Shown here one piece after another: positions 55,643-64,000 of a DNA stretch of 64,000 bases. The stretch is from Clostridia bacterium (GTDB lineage: Bacteria > Bacillota > Clostridia > Oscillospirales > QAMX01). The stretch's first letter is position 1, and every line of letters begins with the position of its first letter. A model generated the notes under the pieces. It had not been told where the DNA came from. It did not search any database and saw nothing but the letters and a program-made list of their open reading frames with translations. The stretch covers positions 31,846-95,845 of the forward strand of contig JAFXIT010000024.1 in assembly GCA_017532825.1 (NCBI GenBank), read 5' to 3'. The translations under genes and the position numbers were made by a program.

Positions 55643-57826
55643 TTAGTCTTCTTTCTTGTCCTTGTCTATCTTGCTTGTCTCACGCTGGGCCATAACGAGG
55701 TTGTAGTAGACACCCTCCTTGGCCATCAGCTCGTCGTGGCTTCCCATTTCGGCTACCTTACCGTCCTTTATACAAAGGAGCTTGGTAGAGTGGCGAAGGG
55801 TGGAAAGACGGTGGGCAATGGCGAAGGTCGTTCTGCCCTTGACAAGACGCTCCAGAGCCTCCTGGATGAGGTGCTCGGTCTCGGTGTCGAGAGCGGAGGT
55901 CGCCTCGTCGAGGATGAGGATGGCGGGGTTGCGGAGTATTGCTCTTGCTATTGCAACACGCTGGCGTTCACCGCCCGAGAGGGTATATCCGCTGTCGCCG
56001 AGCTTGGTGTTGTAGCCGTCGGGCATCTTGATGATGAACTCGTGTGCGTTTGCAACACGTGTAGCGGCAAAGACCTCCTCGGGAGAGGCACCGGGCTTGG
56101 CGTAGGCGATGTTATCGTAGATCGTTCCCGCAAAGAGGAAGGTCTCCTGGAAAACGACGCCTATGTTCTCACGCAGGGTGTGCTGGGATATGTCGCGTAT
56201 GTCGACACCGTCTATCAGCAGACGGCCGCCGGTAACGTCGTAGTAGCGCATGATGAGGTTTATAAGGGTCGATTTACCGACGCCCGAGGGGCCGACGACA
56301 CCTATCATCTCACCCGGCTTGATGTCAAAGGTAACACCCTTGATGACCGGCTCGTAGGAGTTATATCCGAAGTAGACGTCTTCAAACTGAATATGTCCCT
56401 TGATCTCCATAGCTTCGGCTTCTTCGGAGGCGTACTCCTCTTCCTCGTCAAGTATCTCAAAGAGCTTTGCCGAGGAGGTAAAGAAGGCGGTGAGCGACTT
56501 GGGGAAGATGGTCAGGAAGCTAAGCGGTCCGTAGATGTTTCCGAGGTAGGCGCTGAACTGGAAGAGTTCACCGATGGACATATTTCCGCCGATGATCTCT
56601 CTACCTCCGAAGTAGAGCACCAGCATTTCGCCAAGACCCATGATAAAGCTGAGCAGAGGACCGAGCGTACCCCAGAGCTTTTCGTTCTTTTCGGTGACTT
56701 CCGAAAGCTTACGGGAGACCTTTCTGTACTTTTCTACCTCACGTTCCTCGCTACCGAAGCTCTTTACTACACGGATACCGCGGACTATATCGTAAAGAAT
56801 GGAGGTGGAGCGGCTGGACCAACGCCATACCCTGGCGTTGCTGAGGTTGACCGTACGGCGGTACATGATTATCGAAAGCACCATAAAGGGTACCGGCGAG
56901 AGTGCAAGCAGGGTAAGACGCCAGTTGGTAAATACCATTATGAACAGAACCGCCACTATCGTGACCGAGTAGAGAAGCAGGGTCTGTACCGTACCGGTGA
57001 CAAAGCTCTGAACCACCGCCGTATCGGATGTGATACGGTACATCAGGTCACCGGGGGTGCGCTTATTGAGGGAGCTTTCGCTAAGCCTCTGGACCTTTGC
57101 GTAGGTCATCGTACGCAGGTCGTTTGACATCTTGTTACCAACGCGTATCGAGATACGGCTGGACCAGATGGAGATAAGTATGTTTCCAAACTGGCAGACG
57201 TGTATGGCAATGACTATCAGTATGGCCATGAGTATGGATGCTCCCGGCACCAGATAATCGTCGATCCACACACGGTTGATCATGGGGGATATAAGACCTA
57301 CTATCGACGAAAGCAGCAGCAGCGACATAGCCGCCAATACGGGCTTTACGTAGGGCTTAAGAAGGGAGAACACCTTTTTGAACACCGAGGAGTTCTTGGC
57401 GCAGAAGGGGCAGATGCGGGTGCCTGCAATGAGGCGCTTGCCGCACTTGAGGCAGATCTTCTCGTCGTTCTCGTCGGGCTCGATCCAGACGTTGTGGTTT
57501 TTGTAGATACCTATGACCCTTTGCAGCTCGGCAAGACGCTCGACGTGTCTGGAGGTAAAACGGGCGATCATAACGCTCGTTCCGTCCGACACGGCAGTCA
57601 TAGAGGCACAGCCTACGGCAAGGTTTATCCTGATGTCCTCCAGAGACTTTGCATCAAGCGACTGCACAAGGCGGTCGTTTTCATAGGTCTCCAATTTGTT
57701 TTCTTTTGTTATGACAACGACGCCCTCTGCGGCTTCGCCGTCAAAACCCATATCTATGGGGACGATATACACCGCATCCGCAAGCTGCTGTTCAAGCGCG
57801 GGCGGCGGCGCAAACCGAAGTCTCAT
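55643..57826 (-). CDS. ABC exporter half-transporter (TMD-NBD) with a ~150-aa N-terminal cytoplasmic domain and zinc ribbon
   Basis: 727 aa. CLKCG...CPFC at residues 125-142, then 6 TM segments, GVVGPSGVGKST, LSGGERQR and ILILDEATSALD. Confidence 0.88.
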   Translation of the reverse strand: MRLRFAPPPALEQQLADAVYIVPIDMGFDGEAAEGVVVITKENKLETYENDRLVQSLDAKSLEDIRINLAVGCASMTAVSDGTSVMIARFTSRHVERLAELQRVIGIYKNHNVWIEPDENDEKICLKCGKRLIAGTRICPFCAKNSSVFKKVFSLLKPYVKPVLAAMSLLLLSSIVGLISPMINRVWIDDYLVPGASILMAILIVIAIHVCQFGNILISIWSSRISIRVGNKMSNDLRTMTYAKVQRLSESSLNKRTPGDLMYRITSDTAVVQSFVTGTVQTLLLYSVTIVAVLFIMVFTNWRLTLLALSPVPFMVLSIIMYRRTVNLSNARVWRWSSRSTSILYDIVRGIRVVKSFGSEEREVEKYRKVSRKLSEVTEKNEKLWGTLGPLLSFIMGLGEMLVLYFGGREIIGGNMSIGELFQFSAYLGNIYGPLSFLTIFPKSLTAFFTSSAKLFEILDEEEEYASEEAEAMEIKGHIQFEDVYFGYNSYEPVIKGVTFDIKPGEMIGVVGPSGVGKSTLINLIMRYYDVTGGRLLIDGVDIRDISQHTLRENIGVVFQETFLFAGTIYDNIAYAKPGASPEEVFAATRVANAHEFIIKMPDGYNTKLGDSGYTLSGGERQRVAIARAILRNPAILILDEATSALDTETEHLIQEALERLVKGRTTFAIAHRLSTLRHSTKLLCIKDGKVAEMGSHDELMAKEGVYYNLVMAQRETSKIDKDKKED

Positions 57827-57843
57827 ACCGTGACCTCCCTTTC

Positions 57844-58374
57844 TTACAGCAGGTAGGGCTCTAATTTCTTAAAGTCTGCGGCGGCCATCTTCGCCACGTC
57901 GTCTATCTGGTAGCGGTTGCCGTCGACGTCTACGATCAGCAGCCTTGCACCGTCGTTTATGCGGCGGAGATTGTGGGTCACGTCTCTGACGGCAAAGGTC
58001 TTGTCGCCCGAGTCGGTCTTGACCTCAAAGTAGAGATAACCCATCTTGTTCTTGACCGAGGGGATGGAGAGTATCTTGGGGCAGAAGTATCTCTTGCTGA
58101 GCTCATTTGCAAGGATCTTTGCCTGCTCCTGGCTGAAGGCGTAGAGGGAGCGGATAAAGAAGATCTCCTTGGAGTCCATATCCTGGACAGATATGTAATC
58201 GTCGGGGAAGGTGTAGGGCATTGCCTTGTGCAGCTTGAGATTTTTGTAGGTCTCTCCCTGATACTCAAGGCAGAGGAAGTTGTCGTTTTCGATGTAGAAG
58301 CGAGCCTCGTTGGGGTCGATATATTTCACGTCGGCGAGTGAATCCAGTCTTACTTTGCTTTCCATAACCGTCAC
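57844..58374 (-). CDS. DUF1854-family protein
   Basis: 176 aa. The pattern ...FLCLEYQGETY...MPYTFPDDYISV...KRYFCPKILSI...YFEVKTDSG...LLIVDVDGNRYQI matches my recollection of DUF1854, which is usually ABC-linked. Confidence 0.7.
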   Translation of the reverse strand: MTVMESKVRLDSLADVKYIDPNEARFYIENDNFLCLEYQGETYKNLKLHKAMPYTFPDDYISVQDMDSKEIFFIRSLYAFSQEQAKILANELSKRYFCPKILSIPSVKNKMGYLYFEVKTDSGDKTFAVRDVTHNLRRINDGARLLIVDVDGNRYQIDDVAKMAAADFKKLEPYLL

Positions 58375-58386
58375 GTTTCCTTTCCG

Positions 58387-60693
58387 TTACTTTATTCCTA
58401 TGAAGCTCAAGGCTTCCATCTGGAGGGAGTAGAGCTTGTAATACGTTCCCTTGAGATCAAGCAGCTCCTGGTGGGTACCGTATTCTATTACCCTGCCCTT
58501 GTCGATGACCGCCAGCTTGTCGGCGTCTCGGAGGGTGGAGAGACGGTGGGCAATGGCGATGGTAGTTCTGCCCTGCTGGAGCTGGGTCAGCGACATCTGA
58601 ATGTTTCTTTCGGTCTCGGTATCCATTGCGGCGGTAGCCTCGTCAAGGATGAGTATGGAGGGGTTTTGGATCATCGTCCTTGCGATGGACACCCTCTGGC
58701 GCTCACCGCCCGAAAGGCCCTGTCCGCCTGCGCCGACCCTCGTCTCGTAGCCGTCGGGCATCTTGATGATGAAGTCGTGGGCGCATGCCGCCTTGGCTGC
58801 GGCGATGACCTCATCTATCGTTGCATCGGGCTTGGCGTAGCGGATATTGTCGGCTATACTGCCTACAAAGAGGTATATGTCCTGGGAAACTATGCCGATA
58901 TTGCGGCGGAGGTCAGCCGTGGCGATCGACTTAAGATCGTGGCCGTCAAGGGTTATCTGACCCTCAACAGGGTCGTAAAGCCTTGCAAGGAGGTTGACAA
59001 AGGTCGACTTGCCCGCTCCCGTCTTACCGACGATACCAAGCATCTGACCCGACTTGACGGTGGCAGACAGGCTTCTGACGATGGGATGTCCCGGTTCGTA
59101 CTCGAACATGACGTCCTTTGCCTCAAAGTCGCCCTTAAGTCTTTCGACGTGTACGGGATCCTCGGGCTCGGGAACGTCGGTCTGGGCGTCCATTATCTCA
59201 AAGACGCGCTGAGCCGAGTCGGTACAGCTGGCCCACCAGTTTGCGATGTTGGAAAAGAAGCTCAGGGGGTTAAAGAGCATTCCCAGGTAGTTGGACATGG
59301 TCAGCAGCAGACCGACCTTGAGCTCACCCTTTATGACCATTACCGTTCCGAAGATGAGCAGTATGCAGGTGGTAAATCTCATGATCATACTGACCATAGG
59401 ATAGGTGGTGGTCTGGGAGACCGAGAGGTTGGTCAGGGAGCTGTTGACGTTATCGGAGTGAGCCGAGAAGCGGTCGTTCTCGGAATCCTCCTGAGTGAAG
59501 GCCTTAATGACCTTCTGTCCGTAGAGAGAGTCCGAAAGCAGGGAGTTCATCCTTGAGGCGTGGACGTAGTAGTGATGGTAGAAGCTGCGGTAGTAGCGGC
59601 CAAGGAACATATAGAGTCCGACGATCACCGGTACCGAGAGAATGACGATAAGGGTGAGCTTGACGCTGATGGTAAACATCATCGTCAGAACGCCGATGAA
59701 TATCGTAACGCTCCAAAGCAGTGAGGGAATACCGCTTATAAAGAAGTTGTAGATGTTGTTGGAGTCGCCGGTGACACGGTACATAAGCGAGCCGGTCTGC
59801 TTACTGGTATAGAAGCCGACCGAAAGGCGCTGCATGGACTCAAAGATGCGCATCTTCATGTCGTTTACGACCTTGGGTACGGTGGCGGCGGTAAAGCGGT
59901 TGCGGATGATTATGAGCAGGTGGTTTAACGCCCTTACGCCAAGAAGCGCCAGCACGACAAGACCGATCTCGTGGAAGAGGTCGATCCCGAAGTACATAGT
60001 GCCGCCTGCGGCCTGCACCGACTCGTCGACCAGTACCTTATCGTATATCAGCGATACCGAGAGGTAGGGGGAGAAGATGTTGACCGCAGAGTCAAGCAGC
60101 AGCATAAACAGTATTATCGCCGCATGGGGGATATACTTTCTGAAAAGCCCGATGATACGGAAGGTCAGAGCAGACCTTGAAAGGCACTTGGGGCATATCT
60201 TGCGGTTGGTGTCGGGATATCTTGTGCCGCACTTGGGGCAGAACAGCTCCGGCTCCTCGGCAATGGGACCATCGTCGTCCTCACCGGTACGGTTTGAGAA
60301 CTGGTTGAGGTTCTTTGCAAATATCTCAAAGGCGTTGCTGCGGCCCACGGAGAATACCGCAAGCTCCTCAAGCCTGCCGTCCTCGGTCTCGGAGACCATA
60401 CGTCCGCTGGAGATCATCTGGTCGATGGTGAGACGGCCGATGTCGCTCAAGGGTCTGACCGAAAAATCGCTGACCTCAAACTCGGCCGCCAGTTTTTTTG
60501 CAGACCTGACCTGGACGACGTGCTCGATGCCCGTCATCTCGTAGAGATTTTCACTGTCGTAGGCGAATATCTTGTCCACGTAGCTTCGGTCGATGGACAT
60601 ATCGCCCTTTACGTAACGGAGAATGCCCTCCGGGTCAATAGCACGTTCGGAAAAACGTGCCGCAATGTGGGCAGGAAGCTTGGTATTGGCCAA
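58387..60693 (-). CDS. ABC exporter half-transporter (TMD-NBD) with a ~175-aa N-terminal cytoplasmic domain and zinc ribbon
   Basis: 768 aa, TTG start after AAAGGAG. CPKCG...CPKC at residues 152-170, then 6 TM segments, GIVGKTGAGKST, LSGGERQR and ILILDEATAAMD. Confidence 0.88.
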   Translation of the reverse strand: MANTKLPAHIAARFSERAIDPEGILRYVKGDMSIDRSYVDKIFAYDSENLYEMTGIEHVVQVRSAKKLAAEFEVSDFSVRPLSDIGRLTIDQMISSGRMVSETEDGRLEELAVFSVGRSNAFEIFAKNLNQFSNRTGEDDDGPIAEEPELFCPKCGTRYPDTNRKICPKCLSRSALTFRIIGLFRKYIPHAAIILFMLLLDSAVNIFSPYLSVSLIYDKVLVDESVQAAGGTMYFGIDLFHEIGLVVLALLGVRALNHLLIIIRNRFTAATVPKVVNDMKMRIFESMQRLSVGFYTSKQTGSLMYRVTGDSNNIYNFFISGIPSLLWSVTIFIGVLTMMFTISVKLTLIVILSVPVIVGLYMFLGRYYRSFYHHYYVHASRMNSLLSDSLYGQKVIKAFTQEDSENDRFSAHSDNVNSSLTNLSVSQTTTYPMVSMIMRFTTCILLIFGTVMVIKGELKVGLLLTMSNYLGMLFNPLSFFSNIANWWASCTDSAQRVFEIMDAQTDVPEPEDPVHVERLKGDFEAKDVMFEYEPGHPIVRSLSATVKSGQMLGIVGKTGAGKSTFVNLLARLYDPVEGQITLDGHDLKSIATADLRRNIGIVSQDIYLFVGSIADNIRYAKPDATIDEVIAAAKAACAHDFIIKMPDGYETRVGAGGQGLSGGERQRVSIARTMIQNPSILILDEATAAMDTETERNIQMSLTQLQQGRTTIAIAHRLSTLRDADKLAVIDKGRVIEYGTHQELLDLKGTYYKLYSLQMEALSFIGIK

Positions 60694-60715
60694 TTCCGAT
60701 CCGCTCCTTTCACAA

Positions 60716-60748
60716 TAAACAAAAATCCGCAGGAAATGTCCTGCGGAT
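60716..60748 (-). terminator. Intrinsic terminator inside the 5' leader of the ABC/DUF1854 operon (attenuator)
   Basis: Minus strand: ATCCGCAGGA-CATT-TCCTGCGGAT (10-bp perfect stem) followed by TTTTTGTTTATT. The AAAGGAG RBS starts 3 nt after that tract. Confidence 0.75.
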
Positions 60749-60912
60749 ATCCCTTTGAACTATGAGCTCACATCGGGAACACACACAGCAGACAATGAAT
60801 ATTTGCCACTGCCTTAAACAGCGGCCTATATGATATTGTGCGAAACTATGAATGTTCCTCCCGCGATCACTCGCTGAATTACACCGATAAAATCTTGTTT
60901 TGGGTTACACAA

Positions 60913-60941
60913 ATTTTAAAGCAATCGAAGGAAAATGTCAA
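60913..60941 (-). promoter_or_regulatory. Promoter of the ABC/DUF1854 operon
   Basis: On the minus strand: TTGACA (60941-60936), 17-nt spacer, TAAAAT (60918-60913). It leaves a leader of about 210 nt. Confidence 0.7.
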
Positions 60942-61003
60942 TAGAAAACTTTACATTAAAAAATTTTTTCTTTAGGCTATTTTGTTAAATTTAACGAAAG
61001 GCT

Positions 61004-62152
61004 CTAAAAGACCCCAAGCAGCTTGGTTATAAGAGGTCTTACCGAGAGCTCGGTGCAGAAGTCCTCTATCTCCTTTTTCAGCTCGGCCGACGTTTTGGGG
61101 CTTACCCCTCCCCTTCGTTTTGCACGTATCATAAGGTTTTTGGGGGAATGCTCGAAGTCGACAAACTCAAGCACCGAGGTCTCGTATCCGACGTATTCAA
61201 GACACCTTGCCCGCACGGCATCGGTCGCAAGGGCGGCAAAGCGCTCCTTTAAGATCCCGTAGCAGCTTATGGGCTTATAGCCCGATGGAGATATCTGTGC
61301 GTTTACCTCGTGCTGACAGCAGGGTGCCGAAAGGATATAATCCGTCCTCCCCTCAACTGCAGCCGCAAGGGCGTAGTCGGTGGCGGTATCACAGGCGTGA
61401 AGGGTTATTATCATATCGGGAGAAAGCTCTCCGATGACGTCCTTGACGTCTCCGCAACGGAAGGAAAGTCCGTCGTAGCCGTATTTTTTTGCAATGGCGT
61501 TGCAGTTTTCGATGACCTGCCGCTTAAGGTCAAGCCCCGTCATGGTCACCTTGGTCTTCTTTATTTCGGTGAAATAATAGTACAAAACGAAGGTCAGATA
61601 GGACTTTCCGCATCCGAAATCGCAGATGTTCCAGCTATCGCGGGGGTCGGCCGAAACCGCATCGTCGACGATCTCCAGAAAGCGGTTTATCTGGCAGTAC
61701 TTATCGTACATCCCCTTGACTATCTCGCCCTCGGGGGTCATTACCCCAAGATCACGCAGTGCGGGTACGGGTACACCCTCGGGAAGCAGGCGGAGCTTTT
61801 CACGGTCGTGGCTCTTTACCTCTCTGGTGTTTTGGACGTTTTTGACGGTGGAGAGTATCTTTCCGCTCTTGGTCCGACGCATAGAGAGGGTGCAGGCAGA
61901 ATTTGCCCCGTCGGCAAAGGTAAACTCGGCAAAAAGCTCCTTTGCACGTGCGGCGGCCAGGTCGGACGAAAGGTTTTCGTGGAACACCTGGGTAGAGGTA
62001 TATTTTTCTATCTGTACGGCCTCGCCGCCCTTAAGCTTTACCGGGCGGAACACCGCACGGGTGTACTCTCCCCTGCCCCCCGAAAGGGTCAGCCTGACAA
62101 GCGGTTGCGAAAAAAGTCGGTCAAAAAAGCTCTCCGAGTCCCTTATATCCAC
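61004..62152 (-). CDS. Class I SAM-dependent methyltransferase
   Basis: 382 aa, GTG start 6 nt after GGAGGG. Motif I is ICDFGCGKSYLT. It lies downstream of prmC. Confidence 0.7.
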   Translation of the reverse strand: MDIRDSESFFDRLFSQPLVRLTLSGGRGEYTRAVFRPVKLKGGEAVQIEKYTSTQVFHENLSSDLAAARAKELFAEFTFADGANSACTLSMRRTKSGKILSTVKNVQNTREVKSHDREKLRLLPEGVPVPALRDLGVMTPEGEIVKGMYDKYCQINRFLEIVDDAVSADPRDSWNICDFGCGKSYLTFVLYYYFTEIKKTKVTMTGLDLKRQVIENCNAIAKKYGYDGLSFRCGDVKDVIGELSPDMIITLHACDTATDYALAAAVEGRTDYILSAPCCQHEVNAQISPSGYKPISCYGILKERFAALATDAVRARCLEYVGYETSVLEFVDFEHSPKNLMIRAKRRGGVSPKTSAELKKEIEDFCTELSVRPLITKLLGVF

Positions 62153-62175
62153 ACCTGTCCCTCCAATATCTTATA

Positions 62176-63030
62176 TCAGCGCCTCGCCCAGACCACCCTC
62201 TCGATACCCGAAAGGTCCTTTCTTACGCCTACGTCGCCATATCCGCAGCCTCTGACTATATCGCAGACCTCACGGCTCTGGTCGTAGCCGACTTCAAAGA
62301 TGAGAAAGCCGCCGCGGCTTATGCATTTCTTGAAATTTTCCGACACCGCACGGTAGAATATCAGTCCGTCGGGTCCGCCGTCAAGGGCGAGCATCGGCTC
62401 ATAGTCCCTGACCGAAGGGTCAAGCCCCTCGATATCCCCCCTGCGGATATAGGGAGGATTGCATATTATCGCCTCAAAGCTGCCGACGTCGGGCTCGTTT
62501 GAGAGCGCATCGACCTTTACTATCCTCGCCTCCACCTCTAATTTTCTTGCATTCTCGGCAGTAAGCGAGAGGGCTTCGTCGGAAATATCGGCAAGGGTAA
62601 GCTCACATTTAAAGCCTGCGTCCCGAAGCTTGAGGGCAAGGCTTATTCCCAGCACCCCGCTCCCGCAGCAAAGATCGAGCAGGCGTATCGTTTTTGAGCG
62701 GTCGGAGATACGCAGGCATTCAACTGCGGTATATATCACCGCAACGCTGTCGTCCCTTGGGATAAGGGCACGGCGGTCGACGGTGAAGGTATAGTCCATA
62801 AAGTCCCACTGTCCAAGTATGTAGGCGATGGGCTCGCCCTGCGACATACGGGCTATGCAGTCCTCAAGCTCCCGGGGGTCTATCTCAAAGGACTCCTTTA
62901 GGGAACTTAGGTATCTTGAGCGCTCCACCCCCGCCGCATGGCAGCACAGCTCCTTTATCTCCAGAGCGGACGTCCCCTCGGGAAGGCGTGAGGCAAGCAG
63001 TGTGCGGAGGCTTTCGAGGGTCGTTACCAT
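62176..63030 (-). CDS. prmC: Release-factor glutamine N5-methyltransferase
   Basis: LDLCCGSGVLG and ICNPPYI (NPPY) motifs. Confidence 0.9.
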   Translation of the reverse strand: MVTTLESLRTLLASRLPEGTSALEIKELCCHAAGVERSRYLSSLKESFEIDPRELEDCIARMSQGEPIAYILGQWDFMDYTFTVDRRALIPRDDSVAVIYTAVECLRISDRSKTIRLLDLCCGSGVLGISLALKLRDAGFKCELTLADISDEALSLTAENARKLEVEARIVKVDALSNEPDVGSFEAIICNPPYIRRGDIEGLDPSVRDYEPMLALDGGPDGLIFYRAVSENFKKCISRGGFLIFEVGYDQSREVCDIVRGCGYGDVGVRKDLSGIERVVWARR

Positions 63031-63968
63031 CTGTCGGCGCCTTTCTCCTCCGGAATGACCCGTTCAAGGGCGTCTATGGCAACTGCTATCATATCGTCGT
63101 CGGGCTCGTTGGTGATGATGCCCTGAAGGGCGATGCCTGGCAGACGGAGAAGCTTGGTAAGGAAGTTGTCGTATCTGCCCACAAGACGGTTAAACTCGTA
63201 GGATATGCCCACAACAAGCGGAAGAAGGGCTATGCGAAGGACCATCCTCAGCCATACGTTTTCGATGCGGATAAAGGAGTAGACAAGCACCGAGATCAGT
63301 ATTACCACGAAAAGGAAGCTCGTTCCGCAACGGGGGTGGCGGCGGGTGTGCCGTCTGACGTTTTCGACCGTCAGCTCCTCCCCTGCCTCGTAGCAATGGA
63401 TGGTCTTATGCTCTGCACCGTGGAAGGCATAGAGCCTCTTCATCTCGCCCATACGTGAGCTCAGCCACAAAAAGATGAGGAATATCGCTATCTTGATCAC
63501 ACCCTCCGACAGTGCCCTCAGGGCAACGTTTGGGAATATCGGGGCGATAAGGTCGGTAATAAGGGAGGGCAGGAGTATAAACAGACCGATGGGCAGGAGT
63601 ATTCCCAGTGCCACGGCAAAGCCCATAAGAAATTTCTGGGCCTTTTCCATGCCGAATTTTTTCTCTATCCAGGCGTCAAACTTGGAGGGCTCTTCCTCCT
63701 CGGCTACCTCGACGTTGTCGGCAGACCATAAAAGCTCCGACATTCCTCCGCCTATCGAGCCGACGAAGGCGGCAACGCCGCGTATTATCGGCCAGCCGAA
63801 AAGGAAGCACTTTTTCTTGGGAGGAATATATTCCTTTTCTCTGCATACGTGGCTACCGTCGCTCTTTAAAAGGACGGTAGCGGTCTTGTCGGGTCCCCGC
63901 ATCATGATCCCCTCGATAAGTGCCTGTCCACCTATCATGGTCTTTATCTTACAGCATTTTTCAGACAT
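63024..63968 (-). CDS. DUF1385-family membrane protein
   Basis: IGGQALIEGIMMRGP and YHGAEHK motifs, in the usual position upstream of prmC. Confidence 0.8.
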   Translation of the reverse strand: MSEKCCKIKTMIGGQALIEGIMMRGPDKTATVLLKSDGSHVCREKEYIPPKKKCFLFGWPIIRGVAAFVGSIGGGMSELLWSADNVEVAEEEEPSKFDAWIEKKFGMEKAQKFLMGFAVALGILLPIGLFILLPSLITDLIAPIFPNVALRALSEGVIKIAIFLIFLWLSSRMGEMKRLYAFHGAEHKTIHCYEAGEELTVENVRRHTRRHPRCGTSFLFVVILISVLVYSFIRIENVWLRMVLRIALLPLVVGISYEFNRLVGRYDNFLTKLLRLPGIALQGIITNEPDDDMIAVAIDALERVIPEEKGADRW

Positions 63969-64000
63969 TTCGTTCCTTCTCTCATTTTTTATACAACGGT

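Noticed and set aside
60750-60905. Assignment of the ABC-operon leader to a known riboswitch class, or a long leader peptide.
   Set aside because: I found no match to the TPP, SAM, c-di-GMP, guanidine, purine or T-box cores that I can recall. The only ATG is followed at once by TGA, and a roughly 50-codon open frame through the leader has no canonical start. It is left as an unclassified attenuator.

Overview
The window is a high-GC Firmicutes chromosome segment. It looks like a spore-forming member of the Clostridia, possibly Oscillospiraceae/Ruminococcaceae-like, because it carries dpaA/dpaB, ypeB, whiA and an SLH wall protein. No rRNA, CRISPR array, transposase or prophage gene was seen. 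About 55 protein genes and 2 tRNAs are supported.

Housekeeping genes:
- dnaE (5' part), whiA, murB and a class A PBP
- yggS, typA, tRNA-Asp and tRNA-Thr
- uvrB, uvrA, ybaK, ppiB, thrS, prmC

Accessory pockets:
- Crp/Fnr, D-LDH, a ferredoxin and a multidomain flavodiiron protein
- a membrane-anchored EndA-like nuclease
- an ECF sigma/anti-sigma pair
- two tandem GH38 mannosidases next to a decayed alpha-galactosidase-like gene

Promoters are unusually easy to read. Many have exact 17-bp spacing and an extended -10 (TGnTATAAT), and most convergent gene pairs share a bidirectional hairpin terminator.

Most interesting items:
1. An operon of two ABC exporter half-transporters, each with an N-terminal cytoplasmic domain plus zinc ribbon, flanking a DUF1854 gene. 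It sits behind a roughly 210-nt leader that ends in an intrinsic terminator.
2. A serine-palmitoyltransferase-like alpha-oxoamine synthase divergently paired with an SDR. Both are driven from a perfect 17-bp palindrome that carries two extended -10 boxes.
3. A 174-bp array of seven AGTKATATT 9-mers in two convergent blocks, each followed by a different small hairpin. It lies between the tRNA terminator and a PHP-family gene.
4. A strongly expressed NifU-like + GGGtGRT gene pair of unknown function.
5. A class A PBP broken by a single -1 shift at GGGG-TAG.
6. A CTG-initiated small ORF, not in the ORF track, that is translationally coupled to the nuclease.

Family assignments come from motif recognition by eye, not from database searches.
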